Part shown: positions 23,425 through 42,537 of the stretch, piece by piece
Numbering within the stretch: position 1 is the stretch's first letter
Layout: the number at the start of each line of letters is the position of its first letter
Assembly: GCF_009914755.1 (NCBI RefSeq)
Contig: NC_060925.1
Origin: the human T2T-CHM13v2.0 reference genome, Homo sapiens
Reading direction: 5' to 3' (one strand)
DNA length: 64,000 nt
Notes under the pieces: generated by a model
What the model was told of the DNA's origin: nothing
The model's database searches: none
The model's input: only the letters and a program-made list of their open reading frames with translations
Translations under genes and position numbers: made by a program

Positions 23425-26400
23425 CTATCAAAAACAAAAGAAAGATGAAAAAAGGCAATAAGGTGATGAAAATGGATTCACATTTCACAAAACATGCACA
23501 CAGAACAAATGGAATAGTATCTGATATCAGAGCTGAATCCTTAATGAAATACTTTTAGGTCTTAGAAAGTTAAATTTTGTAATACTCTTGCCAGTTACTT
23601 AAATAGTTGATTTGCAAAAGATCATTCTTTTTTATAAAATTATTCTTTAATTAAAATAAGTAAGGAGAAATTGGACTTTCAGAGATACAAGACTTTCAGA
23701 GTTTAGTTCAGTATTTTCTTATGTAATAACACAATCAAAATATGGCAAAAATCTATCAAAAACATTAAGGATAGAAAAAGCAAGAAACAAGCAAGAACAT
23801 GAACAAGTGAACCTACAACAGCTTCTAAATAGACGTGTTATGAAACTGTTTCTTTAGAAATCTAAAACCATGTAAAAGCATTCCCTGATAATGTGTTTGT
23901 TTTTACTGATTTTATTTCCTTATAACAGTTAACCATGGAATATACTAATTATTGGTTTACCTTTAAGCAGCCCAAGCTTATCTCCATTTAGACACCCAAA
24001 AAGAACATGTTTGTTTTCTTAACAAGGTAAAAATCTTCCCTTCAATGTTCAGGTATATTTTTTAAAAATGAAATAATGTAATATCAAAGATATAGAAAAA
24101 AGCTTTTGAATCCAAGGACTATTTTTAGAGATAAAAGAACTACTTCCGATTACGCAGGAACTATCACTCAGTAGCCAGTCACCTTCTCTAATGGGAATTT
24201 TCAAGATTCAGTTCTTGAAGAACAGTTATGTTTCCAGAAAACATGATCCCTTCATTAGAGGCAGAGGGTGAATGGCGTGTTGGAGAGAGTGCTAACTGAA
24301 TCCAGCATGGAATTCACGTTCCCATGAGCTGAGATGAACCTGCTTTGTAAAAAGATTGCATAAATTACCTAGCCTTAGAAGAAAGGCTCTTCTGTAAGGT
24401 CTTGTTTTTATTCTAGATATATGAATAAAATCAGTACCCTCTGAGGTTGTACTGACGTACATGAAACTTTGACTTTAAGAAGCAAAATTACATCTTAAAG
24501 CTCCAGGATGTCACTAAGCTCGAAAATATACTTTTATTAACAATTTTAGTAATGGATAAAAAGCTAGGAGAAATGTAATGTGCTAAAAATAAGTCTTCTA
24601 GAGGTAAAGTATTATTCTTGCATCCAAATTAGAGAAAAATTTGTTCTTTATCACAAATAGCAACCATGTATTAAAACGGTAAATTATTTTAAAAATTCAA
24701 GAAAATGAATATAGCATCTATTTATAAGCCACACACACCATCTTATATTAATGCTTATATTGTCTTGGCTCACTTAGATACAAATAAAGGTTTGCATCTG
24801 ATAGAGGAATATGACTCCCTTAGCCTCACTTCTCCTTCCACATTCAAAAAGCAAACAATTCTGTTTCAAGAACATCTTGCACAAAAGCAACAGAATTAAA
24901 TTTCTAAAGACATACAATAAACTTTCTAAGCTTATAAGTATTTCACAGGAAAGCAATACTGATTTGAATAAATTAAAATATAAAAATGTCTGGGACACAT
25001 GCTCTCTGAATAGATGACAACATGTGGCTTTGGTATTTAAAAACATATATGTTAACTTTAGATAAATTTAATTCATCTTTATTTTATGAGACAGTTTGTA
25101 ATAATTCCATTTCAATGGAAAGAACATATTAACAACTGAGAATACATTAAAATATCACAAGCTTTTCAATAGATACATACACAAGTACAGGCATGCATAT
25201 TATTATTATTTTCAGACATGCATATTATTGTATTTACTAGTGTCTACTCTGAGATAAAGATGGTTCCGGGCACAAAGTAAGTGCTCAATAAATATTTGTT
25301 AGATGATTAAATGGATGCCTATAAAAAAGCCCCAGGTTATATGTCCTTTGGTAGTGAAATAGAAAAAAGTCATGTGACAATAAAATCTGGTTGTGAAGAA
25401 GAGGAATTCAGACAGATAAAATCTTTGATGCATACTACATGTACAGGTGAAGAAACAGGTTTCAAAAATTTACACCAACTTCTTGTCCTGGAAATACAAA
25501 AGCACTTACGTGATAAGAAAACATTAAAGCAATGAAAGGTACATTAAAAACTGAAATGCAATGAGAGGGCAAAAAGTCACTTGTGTTAATGCCAAAAAGA
25601 ACGATTATCATGTGTTAACAAAATCAGGTGACAACAAACACTAAAAACCAAGCAGTCTAATGATTCTGTGGAAAATGCTATCTTCACTTGTTTTGCTTAT
25701 CAATATAGACCTTATTTTGAACAAAAAATAAGATACAGATTTTTTCTTTTTATCTCTTTTTTTTTCTTAAAGTGGTGGAAGGAAGAGGGAAGAAAATGTA
25801 GAGGAGGGATCTCTGATAAAAAAAGTTCTTATAATGTTTGAAATCTGACATTTTGGCATCAAGGTGCATAGTCTTATTGGATATGAAGGTCTGAAAGAAC
25901 TCTGGAACATTAGCAAACTGATTTTTCACCTGATGGCAGAAGGATACTAAGCAGAGTAACATTCTGTTAAACACTGTAGTATGCGGGCTAGAATAGAATG
26001 TCTACAAACATTTTCTATACTACTTCTAGCTACATTGTTGGAATGTATGAGATAAAAACATTCTTTTCTGTGTAAAATGAAACAAAAGTGTAAAAAATTT
26101 AAATTTTAAAAGACTATCTATTAAAACCTTGTAACTACTGAAATAATTTTATATTTGCTGATGTTTTGCTTTGCAACTTACATATTTGAAATTTGTATCC
26201 TGCTACCCCTACATAATTCTAACTACATATTATGTATTGAAAAAACTACTAACTCAATTTAAAAAGTTTAATTAAAATACTACACAGCACTTGACTTATC
26301 AAATATAAGTCATAAATATATTCACATTTCAATTGTTTATCACAATTTAAAAAATTCTTTACGGTATTTTGTGCCTGACATCCCACCTTCCATAAGGAAA

Positions 26401-27326
26401 AACAACATGCTTTGGACTCTATAGTTATGCTATGTTTACTTCTGAGGTTAAAGGAAAACCAGACTCAGGACTTTAAGCAAATGTTCCTAATGGGAAAAGG
26501 ATGGAGAGAAATCTGAGATCTCACTCCCAGAAAAAGGTTGAAAAAAAAATAGTATAGCTTTTAAACATGATAGAAAAGTATAATAGTTTTAATATTTAAT
26601 GTGCTTGACCTGAAAATTTTTAAAAGTACTATATCAAGATAAGCTGTAATCTAGTTTTTGCACTTTTTAAATATTTACTCAGCACAGCCAACCCTATTCC
26701 AAAAACATAAGTGATTAATGAGGCTGGTTTGAACTCCACAAAGAAAAGTATATTACTATGAATATATAATAATATTTTGATATTATTGGTAATGGTAATA
26801 AGAATGTCACATTCATTCATAAGCAAGCAGAGCCAACTGATGAACTGAGATATTTACAATGAAGAACTCAGACTTGAATGCAGATATGTTTTCTTCCCAT
26901 GAAATAAATGCAAACCTCCCTTTAAAAGGCGTTTTTTTTAATTTAAAGAAACTTGACTGCACACCGAATTATATTATCAATCAATTTCTCTGTCAGTGAT
27001 AGATGTTTATATCTTCTATCACTGTAGTGTTGATAATGTGGTTAATTAAGACAGATTTCCTTAGAGAGCAATTTGGGTCAAGATTCACAAATCATCTCCC
27101 AAATGGCCATGAAATATGAATTATACTTAAAATTCTGCGCAAAATTTAGCAGCTATCACTACCAATCAAAAGGGTCATTTTTAAAGTTTTAATAGTATGC
27201 TGAGAGAACTATGGTACTGAAATGTACAGAGCCTGGCTAATTCCACTAATATTCTTAATTTAAACATGACCGGTCTGAGAGCCTAATCTTCATATTGTTA
27301 AAACAGAATAGTTCTCCAATGTTGTA

Positions 27327-27915
<589 letters not shown>

Positions 27916-28440
27916 TATGTTATACTTTTTCACGTACAACTGACCAGGTAACATGTTTGTAAATGGGCAAAGGAAAACGATTTAATTTCACAACTGTCGG
28001 AGAGATGTGACCATTAATAACCAAGCTAATGTGGTTCTCTGGGAAGAAGGAAAAAAAAAGAGTAGGCCAAATATCTGTATTGATTTGCTAACACGTAGTG
28101 AAATTTTAGTGATTTGGTAACCACATTCCAAATGTGGTATAGAACCTCTCCGAATTTGGTAGTTTCTTCCACCACCAATAGTAAACCTAGGCATGGGAGA
28201 AATTCTCCAATATGGAACTAAGTAAGAACCTGATTTGTTTGGCTTTTGACAGATGTCTAAATTTTATGTTTTGTTCATCAGGTATGTCATCATGTATCTT
28301 AGACATATTGTGGTATACTGAGAGAAACATTTCCTCATTACTTTCACATATCCTTTGAAGTCTACCCATGTATTTAAGCCTATGTATTTATACTCCCCCC
28401 ACACCCGCCCTTTTTTACACTCACTCTTAATTCCTCTTAC

Positions 28441-28558
28441 CATGGGCAGATCTTTCAGGATCTGTATTCCATCTCCAGGACCCATGTGTGCTATGTGATT
28501 AAAATTAGTTGGATTAGAAATTAATTTATTTCTCATTTCTGGATCTCGTAGCATTTCC
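28441..28558 (-). CDS. CDC42BPA: CDC42BPA CRIB exon (118 nt): [39 protein letters not shown]
   Basis: cttacag|G acceptor, ATG|GTAAGA donor; [14 protein letters not shown] is a canonical CRIB motif. Confidence 0.98.
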
Positions 28559-29287
28559 CTGTAAGACAAGGCATCTGTTTAGATACTTTTTCCACAGTTA
28601 ATTTATGTAGCTTATGAAAAAAATTAAGCTTAATTTTCTTAATAAAAATACAACTGTTAAATCACATTAATAAGAATATAGAGTAACAGAATATACTCAA
28701 TTAAAAATGTACTTCCTTAGAATATTTTGTTTTAAATTTTAAAAGATCTTACGATTTTAGGTGGAATAGTAGAGGATCTTTTTAAATACTTAAGACATCA
28801 AAGAAGCTCTACTTTGTTTTACATATAATTCTGAACATTTTATGTATCTCTTTAAAAATGATTGGTAACACTTTAGAAACGGTCTTATATATAACTGTAA
28901 ATACTACAGTCCTACTTCTGTTTGCTCATGAAGAGAGTAGTTAGTCTGAACTTCTTAGACATATACAGGTTTACTGTATGCACAGCTATGTCCTATGCTT
29001 ATACTGTAGAAAGGTACACAATCCAAAAATATGACTATTCCATATACATAGAGAAGTGAATGAAGTGAATAAAAATATGGTACTTTAATCCAGTGCATAC
29101 TCACAATTTTGAGAATATTAATTAAAATGACACTGAGAAGTTACATTCATTATTGCAGTTTTTGACACCACAGATCAATGAGATTTTCAGATACCCAATT
29201 TTCCTTCCAAATCAAATATAGTATCATCACCGAGTAGTCCTTGATGGTACAAGCAAGCATGGATGATACTACAGGTTAAGTATCTAC

Positions 29288-29411
29288 CTCCTCTGCTGCA
29301 TCCTTTCCTCTTCTGGGACTCTGAAGGAATAACGCCGCTTATTGTTAATGTTTCTAACCATTTGTTTCCGACTATTATCTGATGTTTCAGGTACTACCAG
29401 TTCGTCCCCTT
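29288..29411 (-). CDS. CDC42BPA: CDC42BPA exon (124 nt): (E)[40 protein letters not shown](R)
   Basis: taacag|AA acceptor, GAG|GTAGAT donor; within ORF 29284..29520. Confidence 0.96.
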
Positions 29412-30393
29412 CTGTTAAAATAAAAATACAAACGATAATGATGTTCTTTAAACTGTTAAAATGCTTTTTATCTATTAACCTCCAAGACAGTACAAACATT
29501 GATAGTACAAGTACATGCAATTCTGGTTTTTAAATGTTGTGTTGATAACCCAGTAAATAATATTTAACAGAACCTATGTAAACAGATAATATGCTGAAAG
29601 TAAACATAGCTTACAAAATATACTTTCACTTTTACTTGATTATAAACACAGTAGGACATAATTTTACTAGAAGAAAACTGCAGTTGCCTTGGTGTTCTGT
29701 CACTAATCAGCCACCCCACCCCAGTATCTCAATACTATATTTTCTCTCCCTCCAGGTATTGATTTCAATGGCTTAGGGTGTTGTTAAAGAGCTACTACTG
29801 TTACCCTGAACAGTAATCAGGCATAAATGGTAAGCCTGATTTACCATAAGTGGTAAATAACAATTACAACTATCTTTACATAATAAAAAAATTTCCTTTG
29901 CAAGGTTCAGTCTATGAGATACGGAGTAAAAAGAAGGAGCTGTGCTTCCACTACCCTTCCTTTATAAAAGGTAAGAATCTGTCGCTATTTTTCCTCTTCT
30001 GATCTTGGGGGTAGATGATGTTTAATCATATACACCTAGCAACCCAGTGATAGTCTTATCCGATGTCAGTTTTAATATCTAGAAGTAAACAAAACTGTCT
30101 GCCAGGGACTCCCAAAACATGCTGGGCTGTGTGAAAATAAGAAAAAAATAGACAACTGTATCCATATAACACAACAAATGGTGTCATTATCTAAATAAGA
30201 TAAGGAAAAAGAGCAAAGTTTAGAAATTTTCAACACCCAAAAAGCTGAAGTGAGAAGGAGGAGGTGAGAAGAAGCCAAACGAGCCTAGAAGAAAACAAAG
30301 GTGATAATTAGCAGAAATGCAACATGATCCTCGTGGCATAATCATATGGCTTAGGCAGACTGCTTTCCTAACAGTAAATATTTTAAAAATAGA

Positions 30394-30575
30394 ATTATTA
30401 TTATTATTATTATTATTATTTATTTGAGGCAGGGTCTTGCTCTGTTGCCCAGGCTGAAGTGTAGTGGCACCATGATAGCTCACTGCAGCCTCGACCTCCT
30501 GGGCTCAAGTGATCCTCCTGTCTTGGCCTCCCAAAGAGCTGGGATTACAGGCACATGCGCCACCATGCCCAGCCA
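30394..30575 (-). mobile_element. Alu monomer (FLAM/AluJ-type) with (TTA)n tail
   Basis: Single Alu arm. Confidence 0.8.
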
Positions 30576-31028
30576 AAGAACAGAATTTTTGAAGTGAATG
30601 AGAATGTGGGACACAAATTTGGAATTTGAGAATTATGAGGGTAAAGCAGGTCTTGGAGACTCAGGGTGGCAATGGGAGATTTTGGACAGGCAGAGGGTTG
30701 CAGGAACACTTTGACCTCTTAAGAAATGATGGAGAAAGCAAAACACAGAAAAAGAAAGGACCTCTTGAGATGGGCTTTCCTTCCTTTGTCAAAGAAAAAG
30801 ACAACTACATTAAAATTTTGTCAGGTCCCTCTTCTCCAAGATCTACCTCTACTCTTAGCCTAGAGTAGAAAGATGAAAAAGCATGGGAAAAGACAAGTCA
30901 GAATAGGTTTTGTCTTATAGACACATAGTGGGTATGAACACATTTATGACCAGCATAGTCACACACAGTGAGAATAAGGTGGAGCCAATCTTATACAAAT
31001 ATGTGGAGTTCCTCTAAGAAACAGAATA

Positions 31029-33698
<2,670 letters not shown>

Positions 33699-34083
33699 TA
33701 TAAAACTAAGTATGGGTCTTGGAAGTGAAGCATCTAAAGCTTACATTTCATTAACTTCACGGGGTATCCATCTCTAAATGAGAATCACTTCTAAAACCTG
33801 AATATACTTTCTTAAGTCATAATGGAGTCTTACCATAGACTTCTGCTATATTCACCAGCCTGTTCACCAAGAAACCTCTGGTTCCAAGACAATGTACCAA
33901 TGCACTGAACCAGAAATCAAGCAATTTTGTGTATTCCAGTACTTAATAACACAAAAACACACCAACAAAATAAAACAAAACCAACAAAAATAATCACAGA
34001 AAAACTTCTGATGGATTTTTTTTTTGATAGTAGAAAACACAAATTTATTAGAGGAATATGGGGTAGGTGGGAGAAAACCATTA

Positions 34084-34435
<352 letters not shown>

Positions 34436-34479
34436 CTAAACATTTTAATGTGTTTTCTTGAAGCCAGTATTTTTACTTA

Positions 34480-34806
<327 letters not shown>

Positions 34807-35623
34807 TTATTTAAAATACATAATGTACTGTAAATACATCCTCGCTAACAGACTTGCCATAACAGATCAGAAATTTACAAATACTTCTATTATATAGAAA
34901 TTTGCTGCTATGACACAAAAATGACTTTATTATATAGAAGAGGGCACTATAATAATGTTCGTTAAAAGTGAGACTTTAACTGTTTGGACACCCTGACAGG
35001 CAAACAACATTTAATTCTATGTGAACAGTCTCCCTGGCATTTTATGTGTGGTATGTAATGACATGTGTGACCTCAATATTTTGGTCACTGACCAAATATC
35101 CTCCCCTCCTGTCTGTAACACTCTGGGTCTCTACTCCCTCTCCTGATTCCAGGCACTCCCATGACTCTCCTCTCTTTCCTGCTTCTTCCTATGCTGACAT
35201 CACCACTTTCGAAGTGCTAGGCCCTGTACACTGGCAGAAGATATGTTCCTGAAGACATATTCCTCAACTCTAGATGAGTGTTTATAATTTTAATGTTACA
35301 AATTTTGGTTAGGTTCTACAATATTGAAAATACAGAAGACATAATCAGCTACACTTTCTCTACTTACTCAGGTACTCCACAGAAAAATAACAAGGTACAT
35401 CAGAATCAAATACTTAAGTGAGCTTAAACAGAACGACTTTTTGCCCAGTAATTTATTCTAATATATTAAGAATGTGATAGTGGCCAACATCATAGACTTG
35501 GAGTAAGATACACCTGTGTTGAAATCTGGACTCTGGCACTTATTATTAATGTGACCTTGGGCAGTTAGCTTAGAAATAATATTTCCAATGAAGCTATCCC
35601 TATGAATATATGTATTTTCTTAC

Positions 35624-35708
35624 CTGCCATCTTATTTTTGAAATATATTAATCTAATGGTCTCCAACCCTAAAAGATTTAATGATCCTTCATTGTTTAAG
35701 GGTCGAAC
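35624..35708 (-). CDS. CDC42BPA: CDC42BPA exon (85 nt): VRPLNNEGSLNLLGLETIRLIYFKNKMA
   Basis: ttttag|GTT acceptor, CAG|GTAAGA donor. Confidence 0.96.
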
Positions 35709-36059
35709 CTAAAATAAAAGACAAAATTAGTATTTCAACAAAACCTTTAAAAATTAAATTATAAAACTTTTGTCCTGCTTATAAAGCACACCTTATTAAG
35801 ACTTCTCATTTATCTACTTCAAAATGCAGCCCTCTCAGAAAAATCAACAATAATTCTGACTGGAAAGGTATAATACTATCTAATTTGAACAAACAAACTT
35901 GCAATGATAATATTTTAAAGGAAGGCTATCCTAAGCAAATGAACAAATAAGTAGAAATACATTTAAACCTTAGACTTTTTAAAGCCATTAATGACCCAAC
36001 AGTTATACTAAGCAGATATCAACACAGCTGATTTATGAATTCTTACTATCAAAAACTAA

Positions 36060-37300
36060 ATGCATACATATGATGGAGATGGAAGGGTAGATCACTGGGG
36101 AAAGGAGGGACTGTCAATAAATAGTGATTGAGCAACTGGTTATACGGAACCAAGCATGAATTCCAGTTGGATTAAAAACATAAACGTAATAGGCTAAGCT
36201 TTACAATGTTTGGAGGCTGGGTATATACATTTAAAAAAGATTTTTTAAAAAAGGTAAAATGTTTGGAGGAGAATAGAATGTATCTTATGACCTTAAGGTA
36301 GGAAAGAGTTTCTTAAACAAGAGAAAAAAGACAAACATAAAGGAAAAGAAAGATACATTTAACTACATTAAAATTAGTAACTTCTGTTCAGCCAAATACA
36401 AATGAATGAATAGGTCACAAAGAAGAAAAAGATTTACATATCCATTATTAGCCAGTATCCACAATGTATAAAGAATTTCAATAAATAAGAAAAATATGGC
36501 CAATCCAATAGCAAAATGAGCAAAAAGCATGACCAGGCATTTTATGGAAGAGGAAATATGAATGATGAATAAACACACAAAAGACTTTCAACTACACAGT
36601 TAATTAGCAACATGCAAACTGAAACTTCAATGAAATACTACTTTGTAACCATTTACAAAACCTATGAATCCTGACAATGGAAAGTACTAGGATGTTGATA
36701 AGAATTCCTTTATGCTGTTGATGGGAGTATTGGTTGGTACAATTACTTTGGAAAATAATATGACACTATCTCATAAAGCTGACTGAACTCCCTATGTCCC
36801 ATCAATTCTGCTCCTAGGTATATGACTCAAACTCCTGAAAACTATTCCAAAAAACAGATGCAGCAACATCACAATTGCAAAAAGCTAGTAAATAATTCAA
36901 TGTCCCCCAGTCAGGGAACAGACAGTAGTGCTAAGTTCACCCAACAGAATATTTTATAGTACTGAAAGCAATAAACTATATGGTATATATAACAACATGA
37001 ACGAATGAGACTCAGTGGATGAGTAAAGAAAGCAAGATAGAAAATGACTATATATTATAACATTTTCATAAAGCTCAAAACCAAGCAAAACTGAAAGATA
37101 TATTATTTAGGGATACTTAAATATGCAAAAATTCTGTATTTTAAGAAAAGCAAAGGAATGATAAGCACAACATGACGCAGTTTGCAGTTATATGAGTGAT
37201 GTTCTGATTCTCAGGTTAGGAGGTAGGTTCATGAGTGATCAGTTTATTATTATCTTTCACAAAGGCCATATATCTATTCTTTCACATACATTGCAAAAAT
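36060..37300 (+). mobile_element. Old L1M 3' fragment
   Basis: Degenerate ORF2 end and 3'UTR (tggattaaa..taaa, tggtacaattactttggaaa, ctcctaggtata). Confidence 0.7.
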
Positions 37301-37302
37301 TA

Positions 37303-37659
<357 letters not shown>

Positions 37660-38415
37660 TTACAAACTAGAGTATATTTTAGTTGCTTTAGATAATCTGG
37701 CAGTATTTACAAGAGCTTTTTAAACTGCTATTATGATTTTAAATGGGTGCTAATTTTGAAATATGATCTAAGCTACTTTCACATATTCTCTAAACCCTGT
37801 CCCCCAACTAATCATACATGCTATATATATATCACATCTATCTATATGAAACTATTGCTCTTCATTTTTGCAAACTAGCAGTTCTATAATTGTAAAAATT
37901 CTCTTTGTTATGGAAACAGGATTATATATTAAGAAAAATATTATGTTTTATTAGGAATATATGAAATATTTATTTTTCAATTATGGACACTTAAACAGTT
38001 TTGGTTCTAAGTTTAATTACTTTTCTAGCCTTTTAAATCTGTCCTCACAGGATTAAACACTGGGTGAATGACAGTTATAATTCATAATAATCATGTACTC
38101 TCTCAGAGCTCCTTAATCCAAAAGTAGAAGATAACACTGACATTTTAAGTTGTAGGATATATTCTAGTTGTTCATAATAATAACAATCATACTTTGCATA
38201 AACCAAATATAGTAAAATTAGTATGGTTTTAGTGAGGCATAAGGAAATTAACCAACTTTATTTCTGTTTCTATTTTCTCACTCTTAGCTAAGTCCCAAAC
38301 TGCCAATTACACATTCCAGAAAATGTTGAATTAATAAAAAAAAAATTACTATGTAGTAATTTAGTGTTTTCACTTATACTCAGTTGGCTTAGCCCACATT
38401 TTAATGTTAAATTAC

Positions 38416-38513
38416 CTTTTTGAGAGGAAGAGTCTGAATCCATTCCATGGAGTTCACATCAAAGATATCAACTGCATTTTCACTGTACACCGAGAGATAT
38501 GGTGCATTGTAAC
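38416..38513 (-). CDS. CDC42BPA: CDC42BPA exon (98 nt): (C)YNAPYLSVYSENAVDIFDVNSMEWIQTLPLKK, CNH domain
   Basis: tcccag|GT acceptor after a long pyrimidine tract, AAG|GTAATT donor. Confidence 0.96.
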
Positions 38514-39179
38514 CTGGGAGAAGGGAAGGGGGGGCAGCTTGCGGATTACTTTTAACTATTAAACCCCAAATATTTTGAAAGGTCTACACTAAATAACTGT
38601 AGAGTGGAATCCCACCCAAATCCTATGGGGCTATCATATAGTAGCCAAATCAAAACATTTTTGAAGCAAACAGAACATATATCGTAAATGAGGAACTGGT
38701 ATACCATGATTCAGATTATATAGCCGTTATAATATAGACGGATTCTGTAAACACCAGGGGTATACTATTTCTTTGCCCAACATGAGTTCTATAAAGGAAT
38801 TTCATTATATTTGAACTATTTGATTCCTAAAAGTAGTTAAGTTATTGACAGTGAATCAAACTTAGAAAGCAGAGAAATCTTCAGGTAAGTGTTCTAGTCC
38901 CTGTTAAGAATGTATAATAAAGCACTGTAGCACAGTTACATGAATAGGGTAGATGCTCAATATACACTTGTTGAAAGAATGAATATCAACAAATGGTGAC
39001 ACAAGCAAAGAAAGATTCAATGGTTTACTTAAACTAAGGTTACAAAGGGAATTATTGAAAGAGCTACACAAAAAAGTCAGACATTCCAACTCTGACTCTA
39101 CATTAGAATAATCATAATTATTATCTGATTCAGTTACAAGACAGCATTTATTCCACTGATGAGTATGAGAGTGTGTGTG

Positions 39180-39452
39180 GGTTTGTGTTTTTAGAGATAA
39201 GGTCTCACTGTATTGCCTAGGCTGGAGTGCAATGGCATGATCATAGCTCAAGTGATCCTCCTACCTCAGCCTCTTGGGTAGTTGGGACAACAGGCATGCA
39301 ACCACTACACCTGGCTAATTAAAGAAAATTTTTTATAGAGACAGGTTCTCGCTATGTTGCCCAAGTTGGCCTCGAACTTCTGGCCTCAAGCGATCCTCCT
39401 GCCTCAGCCTCCTGAAGTGCTGGGATTACAGGTGTAAGCCACTGTGCCCACC
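39180..39452 (-). mobile_element. AluJ with internal deletion
   Basis: Alu consensus, reverse orientation. Confidence 0.85.
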
Positions 39453-40195
39453 TAAGACCATATTTTTCAGAAGAAACAAAATATTAAAAATAGTTAATTC
39501 CCAAGATCTGCAGTTGAAAAGCTGGAAAGACAAAAAACAACAACAATAACAACAAAAAATAGTTAAGTCGTTCATCCCAGGATGGAGGGTGGGGGAAAAA
39601 AAAGTCTGGATGGGTAGAACTAGAGGTATTTTTCTTTTGTCCTGTTCACGCAGACTTTCTGATTTTTCTGTAATGAGCATGGGTTGCCCTCCCAAACTTT
39701 CTCGCACTGAACCTTTAAACTTGACTAGACCCATACCCATCACTCCTCCTCCTACCTTGTTACAAATGAAGAGGTTTTACTCCTCCTGCCCCCAAGTAAT
39801 TCTTGCACCTGTCTTCTGAATTTTGTCCTCTCTGGCCTTCTTGGCGGTCTTACTCTATTTCCCATATAGACAACTTTTCCATGTAGTTCCCTAGGGTTTT
39901 TTTTCCCTTCAGCATTTTAACATGCTCAAGTATTTTTCATTAAAAACAAAACAGTTTGGATGAAATACTTCTATGTGCTTCTACAGAACTCTCTACTTCT
40001 GCTATCATAGCACTTACACTCTACTGCAACTACTTGCTTTATCACGAATCTTTTCCACTGCACCCCATGCTCTGTGGGGTTAAGACTGTATCTATTTTAC
40101 TCATTGCTGTTAACTCATATTCAATGGCACATATTCAATAATAATTGGATTATTTTCAATAACCAAAGTATTCTATAATTAAAAGTATTCAATGA

Positions 40196-40497
<302 letters not shown>

Positions 40498-41017
40498 TAT
40501 TCAATAATTTATTATGTCTTAATATTTCTTGAAGGGGTAAAATAAGCAATTATAAATATCTACCCATCTAGATAAAAGTGGAAAACTGAAAAAACACCTC
40601 TTATAGATGTTACATTATACCTTTACATACCTGATTAAATAACTCACTTAGTAACTACTTCTCCAGAATAAGTTCTGTGAAACACTGATGCTTACAAGCA
40701 CCATATTTTGGGGGACCATGAGATAACAATTCTGGGTTATTTCAAAATATGATGTGGGGTAAAAAATCCATCTTAGTGAAATATTCCACAGAAAGATGTT
40801 TTGTTTAAATTACGTGCATGCTAATGCTGGCCCTGTTTGCCCAGGCCTAACTACATATGGTTTTTACATCAACAACATAATCAATACTGAGGAAAAGCAT
40901 TAAGAATGACTTTTTTAAAAAACTGTTATCAACAATGACAACATTTGGGAGACGAAGTAGAAGGGAAAAGGAAGAAGAGATATAAAGATAAGACAGCCGT
41001 AAGAAAGAGAATCTTAC

Positions 41018-41611
41018 AACAAGAGGAAGGATTTGCTGGCCACATCAATTCCTGTTGTCTAGATCTTCGGCCCTGGCAGTCAGTGTATATCCCAATGCTG
41101 TTAAAACACAGCAGATATTCTTTACTGGAGATCTCAACTGCGCAGATAGCATCCATTGGTTGATGTGCAATAAATGATAGTGTATGGTCATTTGAATGGA
41201 GCATACTGTATGGATTTCCTTCTCCATTCAAGGGGTATCTTAGAAATCCTGACTGGAATCCCACACAGAGTTGTTCACTGAAGATTGCCATCCACTGGAC
41301 ATTATATGGGACTTGAATTTCTTTAAATTTTCTGTGACGGGTCTTGCTCTGAAATAGTTCATAACAGAGGACCTGCCTTTTCATAGCCACACACAGGCAT
41401 GTGAGAGCTCCATGGCGCACCTTTCCAGAAGTTACGGTTTGACACCCTTTAGTTTCTGACAGCTTGTAAAAATCGGTCTCTCGCCCATCCAATGCTGACA
41501 TAGGAAAAAGTCGTACATGACGATTTCGTCCTGAGATCACAGCAACAAGCTGATCATTTGGAATGAGTTCAATCTGATGAATCTTCTTATTGTCACCAAC
41601 TCTAATAATTT
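41018..41611 (-). CDS. CDC42BPA: CDC42BPA exon (594 nt): (E)IIRVGDNKKIHQIELI...ELMWPANPSSC, CNH core
   Basis: tttag|AA acceptor, GTT|GTAAGA donor; matches ORF 40929..41540. Confidence 0.98.
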
Positions 41612-42212
41612 CTAAACACAGAAAGAATAATAAATCAAAATATAGTTTTATTGATTAATCATATCCCAATTATACTCAAAAGGATGTAAGTCAACTTACA
41701 GATGCACATACGGAAGAATAAGACATCAGAAGTCACAGGAAAAAAAGATTATCCAACCCATCATAAGATAATTTAACTCACCTATAGTACGTATTAAATT
41801 TGAGTCCTGAGATTTCTGGCAGCCAAGGCAAACCCCAAAGGATTCTTGTGTAAAAGTATGCCAAATCTTCAAGGAAACTTTTCTACTGGCACTAAATTCT
41901 AGGGAACGTCACCATAGGATTCCCATTTTTAAAAACAGAGAACTTATTTTTCAGAAGTTTTTATATGGCTAACAATGCATTGTTTTCCCATGATCTAAGT
42001 TGACATAAAGATAAAACTTAGAATACTGTATTTATGAATACCAAGTTATATTGGTTTCTCTTTATTTCACCCAGCATTTAGTTTTTCCCTAGAAGAAAAA
42101 CCTCCAAACAAACACATTTTAATAGCTGTTGCCTCTTCTGGTACTAATAGAACAATGTGAAAATCAAGTTGTATATATTTTTTTTCATGTTCCATCTTTA
42201 GAAATGCAATCT

Positions 42213-42537
<325 letters not shown>

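Noticed and set aside
24292-24339. NAGNAG acceptor giving VHLSSWEREFHAGFS*
   Set aside because: Short pyrimidine tract, unremarkable peptide, no other support
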